Shown here: one piece after another, positions 25,220-34,806 of the stretch
How the letters are laid out: every line of letters starts with the position of its first letter
Numbering within the stretch: position 1 is the stretch's first letter
Made by a program: the position numbers and the translations under genes
The notes under the pieces: generated by a model
What the model was told of the DNA's origin: nothing
The model's input: the letters and a program-made list of their open reading frames with translations, nothing else
The model's database searches: none
Source: Ardenticatenaceae bacterium
Lineage (GTDB): Bacteria > Chloroflexota > Anaerolineae > Ardenticatenales > Ardenticatenaceae
Direction of reading: 5' to 3'
Assembly (NCBI GenBank): GCA_015491235.1
Contig: WFWG01000353.1
Location: 1,342-65,341 of the forward strand
Length of the DNA: 64,000 bases

Positions 25220-25220
25220 A

Positions 25221-26945
25221 TCACGGTCCCCAGTAAAATTCGCCGGTTTGACTAAGTGGGCTCAACGCCTCGCCCACAATTTCGTCCGTCAACATGCGAA
25301 TGACGAGCACGTCCCAGCGCACCAACATCATTTGAGGTGGCCGCAACTCCTCGGGCAAGCGTAGAGAGGTACCCTTCGTGCGGAAGTATTCAGTGTACAC
25401 CACGTCATCCTCTTCAAGGAAGCGCACACGGACGGCGTAATACTCGTCCTCTTGGAGCACCCCGGACGAAGTCCACATGAGCAACGGTGTCTTGGTGCCC
25501 GAAATGAGCGCGTACCGGCGAGGTTGCAAAAGGACGGGTGCCGGATACGGCGGCGCGGGCGTCGGCGTGAACGTGGGGAACGGTGTCGGTGTGGCAGTAG
25601 GCGTCGGCGTGCCCAAGGGGACCCTGAGCACCATGCCCGGTTCCACGCCACCTTCGGGTGTCAACTTCTGACTGTTCGCATTGACCAGATCGGTCAGGCT
25701 GATGCCGTATGCCTCGGCAATCGAGGCCAGCGTTTCGCCCTGTTGCACTGTGTGCTGAGTGTAGACAATCACGGGTGTCGGGGTGGGGGTGTAAACCGGC
25801 TGACCACTGCCGGTCTTGGGCGGAATGATCACCTTCTGTCCAATTTGAAGGGCACGTGGGTTCAAGCCGGGATTGGCCGCCAGCAAGTCGTCCACGGAGA
25901 TGCCAAACCGGTCGGCAATGCGTTGGGGGGTGTCTCCCCGTTGCACTTCGTACACGATAGGCGTCGGCGTGGGCGGAACGGGCGTGGGTGTCTGGCGCTC
26001 AGGGGTATTTTCGGCTTCGCGCGCAAAGGTCAGGCCGGTCAGAGAAATCGGTGTGGGAGTGGGTGCCTCGGCGACGGGCTGAGGGGTTGGTGTGCGGGTT
26101 GGTGCTGGCGTCACAACTCCTTTGGGTATCACGAGCGGCTCACCAGCAATGAGTTGCACATCGGGCGAAAGGCCGTTGGCTGCCAGCAAGTCCCCCACCG
26201 TGATGCCGTATTGCTCGGCAATCTGGCTCAGTGTTTCTCCCTCTTGAACATAATGAATTGTGGCCGAATCGCCCACCTCTGGCACTTTGATGACAATGGG
26301 AGTGCTGTCAACCAGCCCCCCACCGCCAGTTGCCTCTGCCGTAGCGGTTGGTGTGCCGGGTCCAGGCGTAGATGTCGGTTCAGCGGGCGACGGTGTGGGC
26401 GTGGAAGGTGGCCGAACGGCAAGCGTTTCCGGTCCAGGAATAATAAGAGTCTGCCCCACCTGCAATCGGGTAGGTTCCACGTCTGGATTGGCAGCCAGTA
26501 ATGCCTCTACCGTCACACCATACCGTGCCGCAATGGCCGCCGGCGTGTCGCCTTCTTGGACGGTGTAGCGTATCGGTGTCGGCGTGGGTGGAGGAGGCGT
26601 CGGCGTTGGCGTCCTCGTCGGAACAGGTGACGGCGTTGACGAAGGGTGCGGGGTGAAAGTGGGCATCAAACGCCTAGGGGCCGCCGTCGGTTGAGGCGTG
26701 CCGGTGGGAGAAGGGACGAGGAAACTCTCTGCTATCCAGGAATCCCGCAACGGGACAATTTTGGATTGGGCGGAACAGGCTGGTGTCAACAGGAACACAG
26801 CCAGAAGGACAGCAAAGAGTGCATACCGCGCATGTTTTGTTGTCGTGTGCTGGCTTTCTGGGAATCGAGACCATTGCGTCTGGCCGTTGGGGGCTGACGC
26901 TCGTGAGGCCTCGACTTTACAAGATGACGAACAGGTCTCGTTCAT
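25221..26945 (-). CDS. secreted LysM-repeat protein with Pro/Thr-rich linkers
   Basis: Four LysM units (YTVQEGDTPAAIAARYGV..., HYVQEGETLSQIAEQYGI..., YEVQRGDTPQRIADRFGI..., HTVQQGETLASIAEAYGI...) separated by PTPTP linkers. It has an N-terminal hydrophobic segment ending in the lipobox-like LTPAC. The exact start is uncertain. Confidence 0.8.
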   Translation of the reverse strand: MNETCSSSCKVEASRASAPNGQTQWSRFPESQHTTTKHARYALFAVLLAVFLLTPACSAQSKIVPLRDSWIAESFLVPSPTGTPQPTAAPRRLMPTFTPHPSSTPSPVPTRTPTPTPPPPTPTPIRYTVQEGDTPAAIAARYGVTVEALLAANPDVEPTRLQVGQTLIIPGPETLAVRPPSTPTPSPAEPTSTPGPGTPTATAEATGGGGLVDSTPIVIKVPEVGDSATIHYVQEGETLSQIAEQYGITVGDLLAANGLSPDVQLIAGEPLVIPKGVVTPAPTRTPTPQPVAEAPTPTPISLTGLTFAREAENTPERQTPTPVPPTPTPIVYEVQRGDTPQRIADRFGISVDDLLAANPGLNPRALQIGQKVIIPPKTGSGQPVYTPTPTPVIVYTQHTVQQGETLASIAEAYGISLTDLVNANSQKLTPEGGVEPGMVLRVPLGTPTPTATPTPFPTFTPTPAPPYPAPVLLQPRRYALISGTKTPLLMWTSSGVLQEDEYYAVRVRFLEEDDVVYTEYFRTKGTSLRLPEELRPPQMMLVRWDVLVIRMLTDEIVGEALSPLSQTGEFYWGP

Positions 26946-27043
26946 GGTCGTTTCTAGGCTCGCTTGGAACGCTCACATTTTCAGCGGCCTAATTATACTG
27001 GAGTCGAGTAAGCGGTCAAGCGGAAAAGGGGGGATGAGGATTT

Positions 27044-28810
27044 TCAATGCCGGCGAGCGTTCTTGGAGGAAAGAGACGTGCGCCTCCGGGGAAAGAGGCC
27101 CAGCACAGCCGCGACGAGGAGGCCTAGTCCCGTCGTTAGCGTGGCAACCCGGCGCAAGGGGGTGTCGGTAAAGCGCAGCACCACGCGGTGTTCGCCGGGC
27201 GGCACGTTGAAGGCGATGTGGCCATAAATCCCTTCGGGACGAAGGGGCAAGGGCTGCCCGTCGAGCCACCCCTGCCAGCCGGGATAGAAGTACGTCATGA
27301 CCTCGATGGTAGCGGGTGTGGCCGCGCGGATTTCGGCCTCCACCACCACGCCCCGGTAGCGGAGTTGGCGCACCTCGGCCTGGCCGCTCAGCACGCGGAA
27401 CTTCTGCGGCGGCTGGCCGGCCTCGAACTGGGCCAGCATAGGGGAGCTGGTGGGCTGCTGTTGCGTTGTCGCCAGGTAGCCGACCATGTCGGGGTGCTCC
27501 CGCTCGAAGTCGAAAAGCACGAGCACCGTCTCCTCGCGCGGGTTCGGCGGCGTGTACCTGGGCACCGTGTAGGGCAGTGCCACCAGCAACACCAGCGCGC
27601 TCAGGATGAACACAGGAGGAGCAACAACCAACCCGCGCCACTGTCGGGCGGCCCAGGCCGCCACAGCGCCCCCCATGACGGACACCACGGTAACCGCCAC
27701 GGCCAGCAGGCGCCACGGGAACTGGATGAACTGCAAGGGCGGAAGCGCGCGCCAGGCCCAGGCACTGGCAGGCGTCATGGCCCAAAGCAGCAAGAGCAAC
27801 TGGGCCGCGAAGAGCCAGACGAGCTCTCGCTGTCGTCGGCTCAGTTCGTCCCGCAGAGCCAGCCAAATGGCACCCGCCACCAGCCCCACGCCCACGATGC
27901 CAAGCTGGAACGACATGCCATCCTCAGGCCCTTCCACCGCGTAGCCGAAGCCCCAGAAGGGCGAGAGGAACTGGCCGGGGTAGACAAACTGCTTGTCGTA
28001 CTGGTAATTCTTGCTCGTCCACTGCTCCAGGGCAATGTACTTCTGCTCAGCGACGTTGGGGACGAGGAAGCCGACGGCAATCCACAAGCCCAAGCCCACA
28101 CCGCCAGCAATGCCCAGGGCAGGGCGCCACGGAAGCGCGCGGGCATCGCGCCACACGGCGAGCCAGCGGGCCAGCAGGAAGAGACCCAAGAAGGGCGTGA
28201 AGAGAATCGCCGTCAAGCTGTGGACCCAAATCAGCGCCCCGTAGGCCAGCCCGAAGGCCGCTACCCGGCGCCTGTCCGGCCGCCCGACCAGGGCGTCGGC
28301 AGCCAGCAGCACCCAGGGGAACCAGGCCAGCGCCCAGAACTCGGCCAGGGCGCCACGAACGTAGATGTCCACCAGGTGGTAGGGCAGGTACGTGAAAGCC
28401 AGCGTGGAGAGCAGCGCGGCCTGTCTTCCAAACCACCGGCGGGCCAACCGATACATGCCCGCCGCGCCGAAGAGGAAACCCACCACGTAGGCCGCCTTGA
28501 CCGAGGCCACCACGCCCAGCCCAACGTAACGAAAGGATTGGACGATGTAAAGCGAAAGGGGCGAATAGAAGACGAAGACTGGATAGCCCCGCCCGAAGGC
28601 GAAATCCGGCCCCCAGCGGGGAACCAAGTATCCCTCGGCCACGCTCTGGAAGAACTCCACGGCATAAAAGAGGGCATGGCGCGAGTCGTGCGCTTTGAAG
28701 TAGAAGGGGCCTACCAGGGGCATCCATGCAAAGACCGTCAACGCCAGTGCCAGCACGGCCAACATGTCGAACTTTTGCTGCCAATGGCGTTTGGAAACAG
28801 CCCCTTTCAT
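27044..28810 (-). CDS. polytopic membrane protein, YfhO / PTPS-related (GT-C-like) family
   Basis: Start set at MKGAV (ATG 28808-28810, after AAAGGAG). The N-terminal motif is HDSRHALFY...PRWGPDFAFGRGYPVFVFYSPLS. There are many TM helices. The C-terminus has YFYPGWQGWLDG...PPGEHRVVLRF plus a final TM. It is a paralog of 30288..32039. Confidence 0.7.
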   Translation of the reverse strand: MKGAVSKRHWQQKFDMLAVLALALTVFAWMPLVGPFYFKAHDSRHALFYAVEFFQSVAEGYLVPRWGPDFAFGRGYPVFVFYSPLSLYIVQSFRYVGLGVVASVKAAYVVGFLFGAAGMYRLARRWFGRQAALLSTLAFTYLPYHLVDIYVRGALAEFWALAWFPWVLLAADALVGRPDRRRVAAFGLAYGALIWVHSLTAILFTPFLGLFLLARWLAVWRDARALPWRPALGIAGGVGLGLWIAVGFLVPNVAEQKYIALEQWTSKNYQYDKQFVYPGQFLSPFWGFGYAVEGPEDGMSFQLGIVGVGLVAGAIWLALRDELSRRQRELVWLFAAQLLLLLWAMTPASAWAWRALPPLQFIQFPWRLLAVAVTVVSVMGGAVAAWAARQWRGLVVAPPVFILSALVLLVALPYTVPRYTPPNPREETVLVLFDFEREHPDMVGYLATTQQQPTSSPMLAQFEAGQPPQKFRVLSGQAEVRQLRYRGVVVEAEIRAATPATIEVMTYFYPGWQGWLDGQPLPLRPEGIYGHIAFNVPPGEHRVVLRFTDTPLRRVATLTTGLGLLVAAVLGLFPRRRTSLSSKNARRH

Positions 28811-28868
28811 GATTATACTCCTTTCAGGGGAGACAACAGGTTCTGGACTGGTTTTGGCAGGAATACCC

Positions 28869-29999
28869 ATGTCCGTCCAGTCTGCCGGCGAAAAGCCATT
28901 GCCTGTTTCCGTAAGGCGCCTCCTGGCCATCGTCACCATCCTGAGTGGGGTGCTCTTCGTCGGTCTCTCCCTCTGGTTTATAAAAGTGTCCTCGTTCCGC
29001 CAACCCTTCGACGAATTCCCCTCTCCCGTTGTGGAGGACTTTTACCGACTCGACGTGCCGTGCCCCCCGTGGATGGCTCCGAACCGCCGCCATTTCCTGT
29101 GTGTCCGTGACGATGTCCTTCACACTGGCAAGCTGGGCACAAGCGCAACAGTTCCCCTTCTCTCCTTGTCCGCAGCCGAAGGAAACGTGTGGGATGTGGC
29201 ATGGTTGTCGCCCACACGAGCCCTTGTGCTCATCCAGCGATTGAAGGAGCCGCCAAGCGAATGGCTTCTCTACGAAGTTGATGCGTCCAGCGCTACTACC
29301 ACTCCCGCCGGAGCCGTCCTGCCAGGCACTTCGCTCCAACCGCTTCCTGGCGGACTGGCCTACCGCTCGGCGAATGGTGACCTCGTTGTCCGCTTCGCCG
29401 ACGGTCGTCAGACGGCCATTCCGCTGGGAGCGCCCTCCATGCTTCATCCCTTCGTGCTGGACGAGGCCCATGTGTTCCTCGACGAAAAGGAAGAACCCCG
29501 CTTTGTTGCCCGCCTCATTGCGGGCGGCGAGGCGGGCGTGCTGAGCCTCTCCAGCCTTCCAGACGGTTACCACACAGTTCTGGACATCCGTGCGGCTCGG
29601 GGAAACCGCACCTTTGCGTGGGCGCCCCGCCAGCCCCTGATGGCTTTCGTGACGCAGGGCCAGCAAGGGTTCCCTTCGCTCTTGTGGGCGTTTGACGCCG
29701 CGCGTCAAGCGCGACGCCTGGTGTGGGAAGCTCCCAGCCCGGGCACCATTGACTATCTCACCTGGCTCCCTTCAGGAATACTCCTGTTCGCCTTCCTTCC
29801 TTCGCCCTATGATGGCGGCCGCTCGACCACCTATTATGCCTGGAGCCCGGAACACATTCGCCCAACGTTTCTCTTCCGAAACGGCCACGGCCTTCAACTG
29901 GTGGACGAGAAGCACATTCTCGTGTACAGGGAAGCGCCCGAAGGCGAAGCACGTGCTGGCTTCTGGTTGGTGCGCCTGGCAGTTCGCCCATCACCCTGA
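28869..29999 (+). CDS. hypothetical membrane-anchored protein
   Basis: ATG 28869 gives MSVQSAGEKPLPVSVRRLLAIVTILSGVLFVGLSLWF (N-terminal TM) followed by a roughly 330-aa extracytoplasmic region. I recognise no family. Confidence 0.5.
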   Translation: MSVQSAGEKPLPVSVRRLLAIVTILSGVLFVGLSLWFIKVSSFRQPFDEFPSPVVEDFYRLDVPCPPWMAPNRRHFLCVRDDVLHTGKLGTSATVPLLSLSAAEGNVWDVAWLSPTRALVLIQRLKEPPSEWLLYEVDASSATTTPAGAVLPGTSLQPLPGGLAYRSANGDLVVRFADGRQTAIPLGAPSMLHPFVLDEAHVFLDEKEEPRFVARLIAGGEAGVLSLSSLPDGYHTVLDIRAARGNRTFAWAPRQPLMAFVTQGQQGFPSLLWAFDAARQARRLVWEAPSPGTIDYLTWLPSGILLFAFLPSPYDGGRSTTYYAWSPEHIRPTFLFRNGHGLQLVDEKHILVYREAPEGEARAGFWLVRLAVRPSP

Positions 30000-30275
30000 G
30001 CGCGTCAGCCCCATTTCCCCGAGCAGGGCAATGTCGTTCAAGAGTTGAATGGCCAGCTTGCGGGCGCACTCCAGGTGAAGGACCGGCAAGTTCGCCACGA
30101 ATTCCTCCTCGTTTCCGGCGGCCCGTGCGGCCTCGCTGGCTCGACGGGCCTCCCTGGCTGCCGCCCAATAGCCGCTTCGCTCCTCCACCACGATGACTGG
30201 CGTTTCGTTCACCGGGTAGAGGCACACAATGCAGCGCGGCGGTTGGGGAAGGTCTTGTAAATTCCAGATTGACAT
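29991..30275 (-). CDS. small hypothetical protein (94 aa)
   Basis: Last gene of the minus-strand run 33691->29991. It begins 13 nt after the stop of the upstream gene. No family recognised. Confidence 0.4.
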   Translation of the reverse strand: MSIWNLQDLPQPPRCIVCLYPVNETPVIVVEERSGYWAAAREARRASEAARAAGNEEEFVANLPVLHLECARKLAIQLLNDIALLGEMGLTRSG

Positions 30276-30287
30276 CTTCCACCCTCC

Positions 30288-32039
30288 TTATCTCCTTGGA
30301 ACACCCTTTCGCCTGTTCCGAGCCTCCAACAGCAGCAACGCGCCCACAATCAACAGGCCCACCAGCGAGAGCACCTTGCCGACCCGCCGGGGGCGCGTGT
30401 CCTCGAACCGCACCAGCACCAGGTGGTGACCGGCTGGCACTTCAACGCGGATGTGGCCCAGCGTGCCGTGGGGGACAATTTCCAGCGGACGCACGACTTC
30501 CTCCGTCTCGGGATCGAGCAGATAGGCCCTCCAGCCGGGGTAGTACGCAATGTTGAACGCCAGCCGGAAGGGATGCTCGGCCCGGTACTCCACCAGTTCC
30601 CCCTGGCTGTTGGCCCACCGCGAGGCCACCTGGACGCCTTTGGGCAGCGCGCCGTAGTCCACGCGGCTGGTGACTTCCCCGCCCCGCACCCACACCTCGG
30701 CCAATGGAGACCAGGTGGGAATTTCGCGCACCCAGATGGAGGAGCCGGTCATCTCGCCGGCACTCTGCTGGAAGCGCATCAGTCCGGCGTAGCTCACCGG
30801 TCCCTCCGCTGGCGGGCGAATCTCAGCCTGCACGTAGGGATACGAGGCCGTCACCACCAGCAGGCTGGCCGCCAGCACCGCGCTGTCGGGCGCGCGCGCC
30901 AGGGCCAGCCCGCTCAAAAAGGCCAGCGCGAAGCCCGCGAAGACCAGCAGCCGCCAGGGAAACTGGACCGGCGACAGCAGGGGACCGAGGACGCTCCAGG
31001 CTGGCGCTGCCTGCTCCAGCATGAGCAGGGTAAACAGGACAAACAAGGCGACGAAGGCAAGGCGCATTCGTCGCCCCCACAGGTCGAGAGGAACCCAGAG
31101 CGCGGCAACCCCCAGCAGGAGGGGCACCACGCCGAGCTGAAAGGGGAACGTGTCGTCGGGGCCGGGCACGCTCACCCCGAAGCCCCAGCGCGGGTCGAAA
31201 AGTTGCCACCACTGGACGAAGTGCTCGCGGTACGAGTAGTACCCGGCCAGCCACTGGTCGGTGCGCACGTACTTGTACTCCAATACCCAGGGAAGCAGGA
31301 AAATACCACCCACGGCCATGCCCAGCGCCAGCGTGCTCCCAGCGGCCACGCCCAGCCGCAGCGCGGTGCGAGCGCGAGCAGGCCACCCCTTTTCCTCGAA
31401 GCTGCGCCAGGCCAGCACACAGGCCACGAAGGCCCCCAGCACAAAGGTGGCCTGAACAGTCAGCCCGTTGTGGCTCAGCAGCAGCCCCGTGTAGGCCAGG
31501 GCCGCCCACGCCACCCGCCCCGGCGTGGGGACCGTGCTCACAGCCAAGAAGCCCCAGAAGACCAGGGGCAACCACACCAGCGCCACGCTCTCGGCCAGGG
31601 CGGCCCGCACGTACACGTCGGCCAGGTGGTAGGGCAAGTAAACGTAGGCCACGCCAGCCACGACGCCCGCCCGTGGTCCGGCCACGTGGCGCACGAAGCC
31701 GCACATGGCCAGGCCACTGGCCAGCACGCTCAGCGCGAAGACCACCTTGACGGCGTCCACGAAGGAAAGCCCCATCAGGTGCAGGGCCTCGCCGACAAAG
31801 GAGGAGAGTGGCCCGTAGATGTTGAAGAAGGGGTAACCATACCCGAAGGCGAAGTCGGGCGACCAGCGGGGCCAGAGCACGCCGTCCTGCACAGCGCGGT
31901 CGAACTCGAACAGGAAGTAGACGCTGTGGCGGGCGTCGTGCGCCCCCCACCAGTAGCCCGGGTTGAGCGTGGGGCCGATGGCCGGCACGCTCAACAGCAG
32001 CACCAGCAGCGCGTAGGGCCAGTCCCACCGGCGGCTCAC
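30288..32039 (-). CDS. polytopic membrane protein, YfhO / PTPS-related (GT-C-like) family
   Basis: 583 aa. The N-terminal HDARHSVYF...PRWSPDFAFGYGYPFFNIYGPLS and C-terminal AYYPGWRAYL...PAGHHLVLVRF plus terminal TM mirror 27044..28810. Confidence 0.7.
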   Translation of the reverse strand: MSRRWDWPYALLVLLLSVPAIGPTLNPGYWWGAHDARHSVYFLFEFDRAVQDGVLWPRWSPDFAFGYGYPFFNIYGPLSSFVGEALHLMGLSFVDAVKVVFALSVLASGLAMCGFVRHVAGPRAGVVAGVAYVYLPYHLADVYVRAALAESVALVWLPLVFWGFLAVSTVPTPGRVAWAALAYTGLLLSHNGLTVQATFVLGAFVACVLAWRSFEEKGWPARARTALRLGVAAGSTLALGMAVGGIFLLPWVLEYKYVRTDQWLAGYYSYREHFVQWWQLFDPRWGFGVSVPGPDDTFPFQLGVVPLLLGVAALWVPLDLWGRRMRLAFVALFVLFTLLMLEQAAPAWSVLGPLLSPVQFPWRLLVFAGFALAFLSGLALARAPDSAVLAASLLVVTASYPYVQAEIRPPAEGPVSYAGLMRFQQSAGEMTGSSIWVREIPTWSPLAEVWVRGGEVTSRVDYGALPKGVQVASRWANSQGELVEYRAEHPFRLAFNIAYYPGWRAYLLDPETEEVVRPLEIVPHGTLGHIRVEVPAGHHLVLVRFEDTRPRRVGKVLSLVGLLIVGALLLLEARNRRKGVPRR

Positions 32040-33691
32040 AGCGGCACCTCCAGCGCGTCCCCGCCGCCCGTGCGGGGCAGGCGTTCCAGCGTCTCGGCCA
32101 GGTAGACTCCCAAACGCAGCGTGTAAGGACCAGGCGGTGCTTCCGCCGGCAACGCGATTTCGTAGGATTGGACGACCACCTCGCCCACGCCCCAGCCGGA
32201 CGTGGGACGCTCGCCGGCCAGCAGCAGCCGGTCGCCCTGGGCCACCAGCGAGCCGTCAGGTGCCACCACGTGAACGAAGGCGGTGTAATCCTTGCTCACG
32301 GGCTGCAGAAGCTGCCAGTACGCCTTCACGCGGACCACCTGACCGGCCACGGCTTGGCCCTCTCCCTCCACGCCCAGGAGCAGGAGAGCCGGGCCGCCGT
32401 CGGGCACCTCGAAGGAGGCCATCTCTGCGCCCAGGGGCACGTCGGGAAGTGCAGGTGGCGTTAAGAGGGAGTAGCCGCTCCACGCCACCAAAGCCACCAG
32501 CAGGCTCAGCCACGCCCATTCGGCCAGGGCGGGCTGAAGGCGCGGGAGTTGCGCGGCAACCAGCGTCAACACCACGCTCGCCAGGAGCACCAGGAAGGCG
32601 TGCCCGCCCACGGCACTGGCGGCCCGCGTCACTGGCGCCCACGGCACCACCGCCCAGGCAAGCAGGCCCAGCGCCGCCGCCCACCCCAACTCAACGGAAG
32701 AGAGCCTTTCGCGCAGCCGGTCCGCCGACCAGCGTTGCGCCAGCACTACCAGGGCGCCCAGCAGGGGCACGGCGCCCACCTGGTAGGAGCCGCCGCGCAC
32801 CCACGCTTCCGGCTCCGGCCACGCGGCGCTGAACAACTGGAAGGGGAAAAGGGCGGAAGCGGGCGCGGCGCTTCGCCAGCGAAGGATTACGAGCACCAGC
32901 ACCGCCCCGATCCACCCAAGAACTCCCTGGACTCGGTGAACGTGGGACCAACGCTTTCCCCCTCCCACGAGCACAAGCAGGGGCAGCGCCACTGCTGTAG
33001 TTGTGGGCCAGGTAATCAAGGCAAAGGCGGCCAGCATCGCCCCAATCAGGCGCTGCCACCTGCGGAGTCCGCTCGCACCCCACGCGGCCCACACGACGAC
33101 CGCCCAGAACCAGATTTCCCCCGGCACGCCCCGGATGAAACGGGCCGAAATGTGGGCTGGCAGGGCGAAGAAGAGAGCTCCAGCCAGCACGCCAGGAGCC
33201 CACCCCCACGCCTGCCAGGCCAGGGCAGCTACACCGGCTCCTCCCAGCAAAATGGCCACAACCAGCAACAATTCGAGCGCCTGCCCTGGCGAGAAGCCCA
33301 GCCGCATCAGCCCACGGGCCAGCCCGTAGACCCACGCGGCGTCGGCGGCCACGGGCGTTGTGGGAGGGAGAGGGCGTCCCAGCACGCGCAGCAGGGGGAG
33401 CACGCCCATTTGAGTGGCGAGAAAACCAGGCCGGCCCAGGGGTGCCACGTAGACCAGTCCCACAACCCCGAGGAGCACGCCGCCTCCCAGGAGCGCGGCG
33501 CGCAGGCTGGAGGGGCCGCTCTCCGTTGCTGGTTCGGGAGCACGAGAAGGTCGTGTTGGGGTTGTGGGGCGTGTTTGGGAGATGGGTGCCTGTTGTGTCA
33601 CGGTTTGACTCGCCGAGCCGAGCAGTGTTTCGACCCCTTCTTCACGCGGGTCCAAAGGTGCGGTACAATGTTCGGACGAAGTATAGCCCAA
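32036..33691 (-). CDS. polytopic membrane protein, ArnT/PMT-like GT-C candidate
   Basis: More than 10 predicted TM helices, then a C-terminal soluble domain (VKAYWQLLQPVSKDYTAFVHVV...PGPYTLRLGVY) of the kind seen on GT39/GT83-like enzymes. The stop overlaps the next gene. The start is uncertain because it lies only 29 nt from the divergent gene. Confidence 0.5.
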   Translation of the reverse strand: MGYTSSEHCTAPLDPREEGVETLLGSASQTVTQQAPISQTRPTTPTRPSRAPEPATESGPSSLRAALLGGGVLLGVVGLVYVAPLGRPGFLATQMGVLPLLRVLGRPLPPTTPVAADAAWVYGLARGLMRLGFSPGQALELLLVVAILLGGAGVAALAWQAWGWAPGVLAGALFFALPAHISARFIRGVPGEIWFWAVVVWAAWGASGLRRWQRLIGAMLAAFALITWPTTTAVALPLLVLVGGGKRWSHVHRVQGVLGWIGAVLVLVILRWRSAAPASALFPFQLFSAAWPEPEAWVRGGSYQVGAVPLLGALVVLAQRWSADRLRERLSSVELGWAAALGLLAWAVVPWAPVTRAASAVGGHAFLVLLASVVLTLVAAQLPRLQPALAEWAWLSLLVALVAWSGYSLLTPPALPDVPLGAEMASFEVPDGGPALLLLGVEGEGQAVAGQVVRVKAYWQLLQPVSKDYTAFVHVVAPDGSLVAQGDRLLLAGERPTSGWGVGEVVVQSYEIALPAEAPPGPYTLRLGVYLAETLERLPRTGGGDALEVPL

Positions 33692-33720
33692 ACCGGCACG
33701 GCTGCCAAAGGAAAGGGAAA

Positions 33721-34794
33721 ATGGCCAAGGAAACTCAACTGCTCTTCACCACGAACCCGGGGCTGGAGGACATCGTTGCCCAAGAGTTCGTCGAGCGTTT
33801 GGAAGAGGCGGATTTAGAAGGCGGACAAGCCGAACCGAAGCCCTATGGACTGAGCGGGTACGCCCATGGGCGGGCGCCTCACCCGCTTGAGGTGCTTGAG
33901 CCCATCGCGCGCCGGATGCGCTCCATCTACCACATCCTGCGCCCTCTCCACGAGTTCCGCCTCCCGGTCGAAAACCCGCTGGCTGCCATTCGGGAGGAGT
34001 TGGCCCGCATCGAAATCCCCGAACTGCGCACGGCCCGCAGCTTCCGGGTGAGCAGTGAACGCATCGGTCAGCACTCCTTTAACAGCATGGACGTGATGCG
34101 GGAGGCGGGAGCCGCGCTGGTGGAGAAGTACGCTTGTGCTGTGGACCTAACGGGATACGAGGTCAACGTGCGGGTGGACGTGTACCACGACGTTTGTCTG
34201 GTGAGCGTGCAACTCACGCGGGAGCCGCTCGACCGCCGCTTCCCGCGCGCCTACCACCACCGTGCCGCCCTCAAGACGGTGGTGGCCTATGGCATGTTGC
34301 GCCTGGGGCGATTGGAGCCAGGACATGGTGCCTTGCTGGACCCCTTCTGCGGCTCGGGAACGATCTTGCTGGAAGCGGCTTTCGTCCTGCCGGGATACGA
34401 GTTGTTCGGGTGTGACATTGACCCGCGCGCGGTGGAAGGGGCCCGGCAAAACGCCACCCTGCTCGGCCTGTCCGACCGCCTGGACCTGCGCCGCGCCGAC
34501 GCCCTCCGCCTGAGCGAGGTCTATGAGCCGGAGCGCTTCACGGCCATCGTCACGAATCCGCCCTACGGGGTGCGCGTGGGACGGGGCTTACACTTCTTCA
34601 GCTTCTACTCCCGCTTTCTGGCCCAGGCGTGGCGGGTGCTCAGGCCTGGTGGGCGGCTGGTGATGCTGGCCCGCAAGCGGGGCGCGCTGACCCGCGCTGT
34701 TCACCGGCACGGTGGGTTCCGCATTCGGCACGTGCGCATCGTCGAGACCAGCGGCATCTACCCGGCCCTTTTCGTGATGGAGCGGCTTCCCTAA
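33721..34794 (+). CDS. THUMP-domain RNA (guanine/adenine-N) methyltransferase
   Basis: ATG 33721 gives MAKETQLLFTTNPGLEDIV. The SAM-binding motif DPFCGSGTILLEA and the catalytic IVTNPPYG are present. Confidence 0.8.
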   Translation: MAKETQLLFTTNPGLEDIVAQEFVERLEEADLEGGQAEPKPYGLSGYAHGRAPHPLEVLEPIARRMRSIYHILRPLHEFRLPVENPLAAIREELARIEIPELRTARSFRVSSERIGQHSFNSMDVMREAGAALVEKYACAVDLTGYEVNVRVDVYHDVCLVSVQLTREPLDRRFPRAYHHRAALKTVVAYGMLRLGRLEPGHGALLDPFCGSGTILLEAAFVLPGYELFGCDIDPRAVEGARQNATLLGLSDRLDLRRADALRLSEVYEPERFTAIVTNPPYGVRVGRGLHFFSFYSRFLAQAWRVLRPGGRLVMLARKRGALTRAVHRHGGFRIRHVRIVETSGIYPALFVMERLP

Positions 34795-34806
34795 GGGGCC
34801 TCTGGT

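Noticed and set aside
25018-25236. 72-aa ORF, and the first 53 codons of ORF 42643..43065, which share the peptide PNAAL(H/L)RH(H/R)VRP
   Set aside because: The shared peptide is a by-product of the repeated MITE-like DNA. There is no RBS, the frames are not maintained across indels between copies, and the real antitoxin start is ATG 42802.
27188-29110. 640-aa plus-strand ORF (similar cases: 30423..32105, 32549..33817, 1709..2719, 12861..14246)
   Set aside because: All are antisense to genes with clear family signatures or TM-helix periodicity. Their translations are Arg/Gly/Pro/His-rich with no motifs. These are high-GC shadow frames.
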